DNA of 64,000 nt. It comes from a virus. Lineage: Duplodnaviria > Caudoviricetes. The DNA is taken from IMG/VR virus record IMGVR_UViG_3300029288_000095, positions 32,001 to 96,000 of that record; one strand, given 5' to 3'. Every line of letters starts with the position of its first letter. Position 1 is the first letter of the stretch. The position numbers were made by a program, and so were the translations under genes. The notes under the pieces are model-generated. The model did no database searches, was not told the origin of the DNA, and saw only the letters and a list, made by a program, of their open reading frames with translations. Positions 58,361-64,000 of the stretch are shown here, piece after piece.

Positions 58361-58431
58361 AAAAATAGGGTGGCTAAACGGTGTGGAGGGTTTTGGTGGT
58401 TGGAAGGAGTGTCACCGTTTAGCCACCAGAA
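58359..58431 (-). ncRNA. ~70-nt hairpin sRNA with C-rich anti-SD loop
   Basis: 15-bp perfect stem 58369-58383/58413-58427, 29-nt loop, T-tract, own promoter. Confidence 0.55.
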
Positions 58432-58436
58432 ACTAT

Positions 58437-58465
58437 AGTATACATCAAAAATATGAAAAAGTCAA
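58437..58465 (-). promoter_or_regulatory. sigma70-like promoter of hairpin sRNA
   Basis: TTGACT-N17-TATACT. Confidence 0.65.
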
Positions 58466-58505
58466 CATGCACGTTGACAGATAGTAAATAAAAGTCAACA
58501 AGAAA

Positions 58506-58529
58506 GTTGAAAAACATCAAAGAATAGAA
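58506..58529 (+). promoter_or_regulatory. candidate late promoter GTTGA-N14-TAGAA
   Basis: AAGTTGA...AAAGAATAGAA, as at 30803. Confidence 0.5.
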
Positions 58530-58549
58530 ACCAATAATCAGAGGTTATC

Positions 58550-58927
58550 ATGTCAAAAGTATATCAAATTCCAGACGTTACGCAGACTATTACTACGACC
58601 GAAACAGATGTTATTTTTATTGGAGTTCAGGATGTTATCGGGCGTAGCTTCTTCCTGATCAATGACGGCGCTGTAGACCTTACTTATAAGGTCTATGCAA
58701 GTCCTTCGGGTGTTGTAACTGGCGACAAGGATAATGTTGGAAATACACTCACGGCTGCGCAGATCGCAAAAGAATGGGAAGTCCAGACGGCGATTACGGG
58801 AACGGTTGCTGCCGGCGTGTCGGCTTCAGTCAATGTGTCAAGCGTAATGTTAAAATATATAAAGCTTTCGGCATACACTTCTTCGGGATCGACTACGCTG
58901 AAAGCATACGCACAAAAGATAATCTAG
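58550..58927 (+). CDS. virion structural protein (paralogue 1)
   Basis: FFLINDG..LTY.VYASP..G.KD..GN.LTAA.IAK.W. Confidence 0.7.
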   Translation: MSKVYQIPDVTQTITTTETDVIFIGVQDVIGRSFFLINDGAVDLTYKVYASPSGVVTGDKDNVGNTLTAAQIAKEWEVQTAITGTVAAGVSASVNVSSVMLKYIKLSAYTSSGSTTLKAYAQKII

Positions 58928-58937
58928 GATGTGAACA

Positions 58938-59315
58938 ATGTCCGCACCATATCAGATCGGAATACCGTTTACGGCTACTGTTGCAGTGCAGACTGCGCTG
59001 ACTGTTCCGTATGTGAATTCTTTTTTCATTGTTAATGACGGCGACAACGCTGTTACATATACCGTCTACGGCAGCCCCGATGGGAAAAAAGCCGGCGATA
59101 AAGATAAAGATGGAAATATATTAACGGCTGCCGAAATAGCTAAGAGATGGGTTTCTGTAGACACGGGTTCTGTGACTACAAATAAAAGTATCAATGTTTC
59201 AGCAAGTCCATATCAGTTTTTCAGAGTAGATGTATCAACGAGTGCCGCTACTTCGGCGATAAGGATTTGGTCGAACACAATAACTAAATTGTATGCGTTC
59301 TTGGTCACACCATAG
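58938..59315 (+). CDS. virion structural protein (paralogue 2)
   Basis: Strong similarity to 58550 and to the N-terminus of 59326. Confidence 0.7.
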   Translation: MSAPYQIGIPFTATVAVQTALTVPYVNSFFIVNDGDNAVTYTVYGSPDGKKAGDKDKDGNILTAAEIAKRWVSVDTGSVTTNKSINVSASPYQFFRVDVSTSAATSAIRIWSNTITKLYAFLVTP

Positions 59316-59325
59316 GAAATAAAAT

Positions 59326-62280
59326 ATGGCGCAAAAATTTGAAATAGGAATACCGTTTACCGCAACGACATCGGTTCAGACGTTGTTAACTGTTCCTTAT
59401 GTCAATTCTTTTTTCTTGGTTAATGATGGAGCTACCGCAATAACGTATAACATCTACGGTAGCCCGAATGGAATGAAAACTGGGGATAAAGATTCAATTG
59501 GTAATTCTTACAGTGCTTCTGAAATTGCAAAGAATTGGGAAGAGCTTGAATCGGGTTCGTTCACTACGAACAAAAGCATTAACGTATCGATCTATCCGTA
59601 TAGATATTTTCGTCTTGATGTAAGCACGGCTTCAGGATCGTCCGCTGGAAGATTTTGGACAAATACAATAACAAAAATCTTTGGGCTTAATAATTCACGC
59701 GCCGATATTGACTACAAGGGATATTTTGCTACTTCTGCTGCATTATCCGCCGCCTTCCCCACTTCGACCAACGGTGCTTATGCAATTATAGGATCCACAA
59801 AAACAATTTGGATATGGAACGATACAACGTCCGCTTGGAGCGATACAAGTGTAGCACCATCGCCAAGCACATATATAGTTGGCGCAGTTGTCGCATATGC
59901 AGATCTACCGACTGTAAGTGATCATACAGACGAATTGTGGTTAGTAAAAACGACAACAGGATTGTTATTTTCAAGAAAAGCAAAAGGTCTTTATCTTAGT
60001 GATGGATCTTCGTGGACGTGGATGAGTGATTACCAAATTCTTTACGATGATACGCAAACTACTTTTTACGACGATGGGGATAACACAAAACGCGCACAGT
60101 TCCAGCTTAACGGGATCACACCGAATAATACTCGTGTACTTACTTTTCCAGATAAGGACATAACTATCGCTGGCGTTGATGATGTAGAAACATTAGAACA
60201 GCGGTTTGATACAGTTGCTAGTGACACGCTTTTTGCCACGGGTATAAATAACATCAACACAAGCGACCTTTTACAGCGGGTGAACACCACTTTATCTTTT
60301 AATGATAGTACCCATGTGTTCTCAATTGCACCAGCGGGTGGGTCATACACCACATTTGATGTGTACCTTAGTGGTATAAAGTACACTTTTAATTCTGCAC
60401 AAACTGTAGATTTGGATGACTTTTCTTTAGCAACTGATACACAATATTTTATATATTTCCACCTTAACGGAAGTAGCTGCGAGCTAACCGCAAGTACAAC
60501 ACCGTGGGAAATAGACAGCAATGCCGCACCTATAGCGACTTTGTTTTGGAATGGAGTTAAAGGATTTTTGGGGGAAGAACGGCACGGCGCACGTAGGAAT
60601 ATAGCTTATCATAAATGGGCGCACAAAAATATAGGTACAAGATGGACTTCTGGGTTGCTTGGAACATTCAACGCAGATGGTACGTTCAGCTTTGCTACCG
60701 GACAAATATCGGACGAAGATATAGTTCTCAACATCACCGGTGCAGTCACAACAGCTCGGGTATGGTACACAACAACTGGTCCTAAACCAACAGTTAATGG
60801 GGATGCTACCGTTTCAGCTTATGTAGACACGGGAGTGTTAAAGTATAATTCATTATCATCTTACACATTGGAACCTGTAACATCTGGATATTTTGTAAGA
60901 AACTATTTTTATGGTACGAATGATATTGAATTACCTATAGCAATGATTGTTGGTGAGAATGAATATAGCAATATTGAGGATGCTCGTAACGACCCGTTCC
61001 CAATTGCACCAACATACATCAACGCAGAAGTAAGACTTTTATATACTACAATTTGGGCTAATGTCGGCGGAACACCTACTTACGTAGAGAACACAGATTA
61101 TAGAACGTCCCCGACACAATCAAATGGAACACTGGCAGAAATTCCAGTTTTTCTTAGTGGTTTAGAGGATGTGTATGTTCCTACCCCACAGCTTGACCAG
61201 GTTTTAAGGTGGAACGGTTTACAGTGGACTAACGGAGCACCAGTAGCAAGTAGTGCTTCTTCGGGGATACAATTCTTCAATTCCAGCCCAACAATAACTG
61301 GCGCAACTACGGATAATAGTAACCCTATTCTTACCTTGTCAAAAACGCCAGTAACAACTGCTGAACAAACCCAAGCTGCAACTGCAACTAATAACACAGT
61401 GCTAAGCGCAGCATGGTTATATGACACGGCTTTAGGGAGAACCAGCATAGATGCCGGGACATGGAACTTTAACAGCTATGCATATGTCAATTCTGTTATC
61501 GGTGGACGCGTAACTTATATGCAGCGTGGGATTTATTCCGTCTTACCGCAAGACGGTGGTTCCATTACTGTTACATTTACGGGTACAGGGACGACGCGTA
61601 CTGTGACTGCAAGCGGCGGTACGCCTTTCGCCACTACGAAGATAGATGCAAGTGCTACAAATACAATAGCGTCTTACATTCAAACGCCGAATGGGTTGTA
61701 CCAAATCACGGCTAGAACGAGCGACACTGTAGTGTCAGTAACAACTTTGACAACCTATACGAATGAAAGTGCTGTTACCTTTAATGTGTGGAAGCGGCTA
61801 TTCATCGCATCTTCGCCGACAGTAACGGCAACCAGTTTAGCCACAATTGGGACGTATACATGGTCAAGTGTGCAGGCGGCGTTCACCATAACCGCTTTAC
61901 ACAAGTTCGGCGCAATTTCATTCGTAACAAGCAACAATACGACTACCCTTACGACTACATATGATGGGACTACGCATAACACCCATTTTGATACACCGCT
62001 TATAACTCTGCATAACAATCTTGCTGGGCTACAAGGTGGTACTACCGGGGAGATGTACCACCTTACACAGGCGCAAGCTACTGTCGTAGCAAACACTTCT
62101 GGAACGAATACGGGCGATGTCACGCTTGCCGCAACCAATAATGGTTTAAGTTTGACTAATCAAGTGTTAGCACTTGGTACTCCGTCTACGCTTACCAACG
62201 CTACGACAAATGCCGTTACTGGAAGTTCTCATACACATGCGGTTGAAATTGATTATTTAGGTCTACAAATATTTTCTTAG
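59326..62280 (+). CDS. tail/head fibre protein
   Basis: 984 aa, Thr/Ser/Gly-rich; HNNLAGLQGG...YHLT and SHTH fibre motifs. Confidence 0.75.
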   Translation: MAQKFEIGIPFTATTSVQTLLTVPYVNSFFLVNDGATAITYNIYGSPNGMKTGDKDSIGNSYSASEIAKNWEELESGSFTTNKSINVSIYPYRYFRLDVSTASGSSAGRFWTNTITKIFGLNNSRADIDYKGYFATSAALSAAFPTSTNGAYAIIGSTKTIWIWNDTTSAWSDTSVAPSPSTYIVGAVVAYADLPTVSDHTDELWLVKTTTGLLFSRKAKGLYLSDGSSWTWMSDYQILYDDTQTTFYDDGDNTKRAQFQLNGITPNNTRVLTFPDKDITIAGVDDVETLEQRFDTVASDTLFATGINNINTSDLLQRVNTTLSFNDSTHVFSIAPAGGSYTTFDVYLSGIKYTFNSAQTVDLDDFSLATDTQYFIYFHLNGSSCELTASTTPWEIDSNAAPIATLFWNGVKGFLGEERHGARRNIAYHKWAHKNIGTRWTSGLLGTFNADGTFSFATGQISDEDIVLNITGAVTTARVWYTTTGPKPTVNGDATVSAYVDTGVLKYNSLSSYTLEPVTSGYFVRNYFYGTNDIELPIAMIVGENEYSNIEDARNDPFPIAPTYINAEVRLLYTTIWANVGGTPTYVENTDYRTSPTQSNGTLAEIPVFLSGLEDVYVPTPQLDQVLRWNGLQWTNGAPVASSASSGIQFFNSSPTITGATTDNSNPILTLSKTPVTTAEQTQAATATNNTVLSAAWLYDTALGRTSIDAGTWNFNSYAYVNSVIGGRVTYMQRGIYSVLPQDGGSITVTFTGTGTTRTVTASGGTPFATTKIDASATNTIASYIQTPNGLYQITARTSDTVVSVTTLTTYTNESAVTFNVWKRLFIASSPTVTATSLATIGTYTWSSVQAAFTITALHKFGAISFVTSNNTTTLTTTYDGTTHNTHFDTPLITLHNNLAGLQGGTTGEMYHLTQAQATVVANTSGTNTGDVTLAATNNGLSLTNQVLALGTPSTLTNATTNAVTGSSHTHAVEIDYLGLQIFS

Positions 62281-62290
62281 GAGAAAAATT

Positions 62291-62650
62291 ATGTCGAAAG
62301 CTACTAAAAGAAAGTTATCCGGATCTACGGATGGGAAAGCAATAAAGGTCACTGGGACTGATACTGCTGGCGCAGTTACGGTGCATACAGCCGTTTCGGG
62401 GACTACGCCCGGTACGTTTGACGAGGTATGGATATATGCCTATAATGGTCATTCGGCGGCTGTTGTTGTTACTATTGAATGGGGTGCGGCGGATGCTTGG
62501 AATGTAGTAAAGGTATCCGTGCCAAATCAATCTGGTCTTGTTCCTATCATACCTGGTTTCTTGCTACAAAATGGAACTGTAGTAGAAGCCTTTGCTGCAA
62601 CAGCGGATGTAATCGGAATACACGGTTTTGTAAATAGCATAACTGATTAA
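62291..62650 (+). CDS. fibre-associated structural protein
   Basis: KLSGSTDG.AIKV...DEVWIYA.N...GFVN. Confidence 0.7.
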   Translation: MSKATKRKLSGSTDGKAIKVTGTDTAGAVTVHTAVSGTTPGTFDEVWIYAYNGHSAAVVVTIEWGAADAWNVVKVSVPNQSGLVPIIPGFLLQNGTVVEAFAATADVIGIHGFVNSITD

Positions 62651-62671
62651 AAATAATACTGGAATTCTAAA

Positions 62672-63460
62672 ATGGCTACTTTGATCGCATGGTGGAAATT
62701 TAATAATAATCTTACGGCTTCACTAGGATCTGATGGTACTTTAGCTGGTGGTTATACTGCCGTATATGGCACTGGAAAGTTTTTTGAAGCAATTGATATG
62801 ACTACGCAACCCACATTTGGCGAAAAAATAAACGTATCTTTTACGATACCCACAAATGGGACAATTGAATTTTGGATTCAGCCTTCTGGATGGAGCTGGG
62901 AAAATACTACATTGACTGGTGATGCGAATTACCACGTTCCTTTTGCATTGAATGCTTCGGGAAATCCGTATATGTATATACAATATGAACCTGGTATCGG
63001 AATAATACTCCAAATGGGTGATCAGGCTGGAAATGTTACAGACACATATACGACCAATGCAAAATTTGATGACGGTGTGTGGCATCATTTTGCATTTACA
63101 TGGGGATCTGGCGGATTGAATGTATATGTAGATGGGGTATTAAAAAAATCAGATAGCATGCATTCTTGTTCCCATAATGGAAGTACTTCATTCACGGCCC
63201 AAATATGTACAGCACCGTGGAGTGGAAGATATTTCAAAGGTTATTTTGATAATTTAAAAATATACAATGGTGAAAAAACAGATTTTTCTGATAGATTTTA
63301 TGAAAGTGGTGTTCCTCCTGTTACAACCTACTTAAAAGATAAGTTAAGAAATCGTTTAGATTTGGCTGGTGTTTCATCTGGGCATGTTGCGAGCACTACC
63401 AATTATATAAAAACAAGATCACGAACTCGCGTTGAATTAACTGGAATATCAGCAGGTTAA
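62672..63460 (+). CDS. LamG / concanavalin A-like lectin domain protein
   Basis: WWKFNNN, TIEFWI, DGVWHHFAFTW, YVDG, FKGYFDNLKIYN. Confidence 0.85.
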   Translation: MATLIAWWKFNNNLTASLGSDGTLAGGYTAVYGTGKFFEAIDMTTQPTFGEKINVSFTIPTNGTIEFWIQPSGWSWENTTLTGDANYHVPFALNASGNPYMYIQYEPGIGIILQMGDQAGNVTDTYTTNAKFDDGVWHHFAFTWGSGGLNVYVDGVLKKSDSMHSCSHNGSTSFTAQICTAPWSGRYFKGYFDNLKIYNGEKTDFSDRFYESGVPPVTTYLKDKLRNRLDLAGVSSGHVASTTNYIKTRSRTRVELTGISAG

Positions 63461-63517
63461 AAAAGTAGAAAATGATACAATATGTAGAAAATTATTTAGC
63501 CTAATTAAGGAATTTGT

Positions 63518-64000
63518 ATGCCCACGGAATACTATTATATTGTAATTGGAATTGTTGCACTTTTCTTTATTATGGTTCTTGCAAGTATCTTTTTTAAAAA
63601 GGTAAAATTTACAAAAGATTCTATTGAATTACAAAAAGACGATATAAAAGATAATTCTAAAGAGCTAAAAGAAAAATTGCGTAAATTCTATGAAGTTTAT
63701 GCAATAATTGAAAAAAAATCATATGAAGCTGGATATGAAGTTGCAAAAGTAAAATATAAAACTATTTTAGACGCACAGCGCGGAACCGCCGAAGAACAAA
63801 TGATACCATTACGAGAAAAAGTTATGAACGAATTGTGCATTCTTTCTCGGAGCAAACATGAAACAGATGGAACTATTTTTTTGGGTATTGTAACTATATA
63901 TTTTAATATATTTATGGCAAGTGTAAAAACTTCTTTTGAATTAAATAATTGGCGAAGAATGACACAAATTGAATTCGATGATATGATTAATAGAAAAATA
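63518..64000 (+). CDS. N-terminally membrane-anchored protein (runs off window end)
   Basis: Read manually (MPTEYYYIVIGIVALFFIMVLASIFFKK...), open to the end; AAGGA RBS. Confidence 0.6.
   Translation, partial: MPTEYYYIVIGIVALFFIMVLASIFFKKVKFTKDSIELQKDDIKDNSKELKEKLRKFYEVYAIIEKKSYEAGYEVAKVKYKTILDAQRGTAEEQMIPLREKVMNELCILSRSKHETDGTIFLGIVTIYFNIFMASVKTSFELNNWRRMTQIEFDDMINRKI

Noticed and set aside
1-64000. Alternative genetic code
   Set aside because: Known genes (portal, MCP, fcl, tnpB) are full length in the standard code, and TAA, TAG and TGA all act as stops

Overview
Segment of a large tailed (HK97-fold) bacteriophage genome in the standard genetic code. Layout: (1) 1-12.5 kb, + strand small early-type genes behind sigma70-like promoters (TTGAC[T/A]-N16/17-TATA[T/A]T), including a DegT-family/GDP-fucose-synthase pair and a nucleotidyltransferase; (2) 12.7-23.6 kb, + strand large charged, probably head-internal proteins; (3) 23.6-30.8 kb, a - strand island of small genes with two promoter-driven arrays of structured non-coding RNAs, six of them preceded by a boxA-like G[T/A]TCTTTGA motif; (4) 30.9-43.1 kb, the head module (portal, a stand-alone IS605-family TnpB inserted into a small gene, prohead protease, large scaffold-like protein, decoration protein, major capsid protein); (5) 43.2-58.4 kb, a glycan synthesis cluster of about 20 genes directly after the capsid genes; (6) 58.5-64 kb, fibre and LamG virion proteins. 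Main highlights: the ncRNA arrays (tRNA-mimic scaffolds with expanded inserts, a 6S-like rod), head polyproteins whose cargo domains are bounded by recurring K/V-x-A-[S/E] motifs (candidate prohead-protease sites), an anti-Shine-Dalgarno hairpin sRNA, and a reconstructable TnpB empty site. All calls come from reading motifs by eye; no database searches or folding programs were run.
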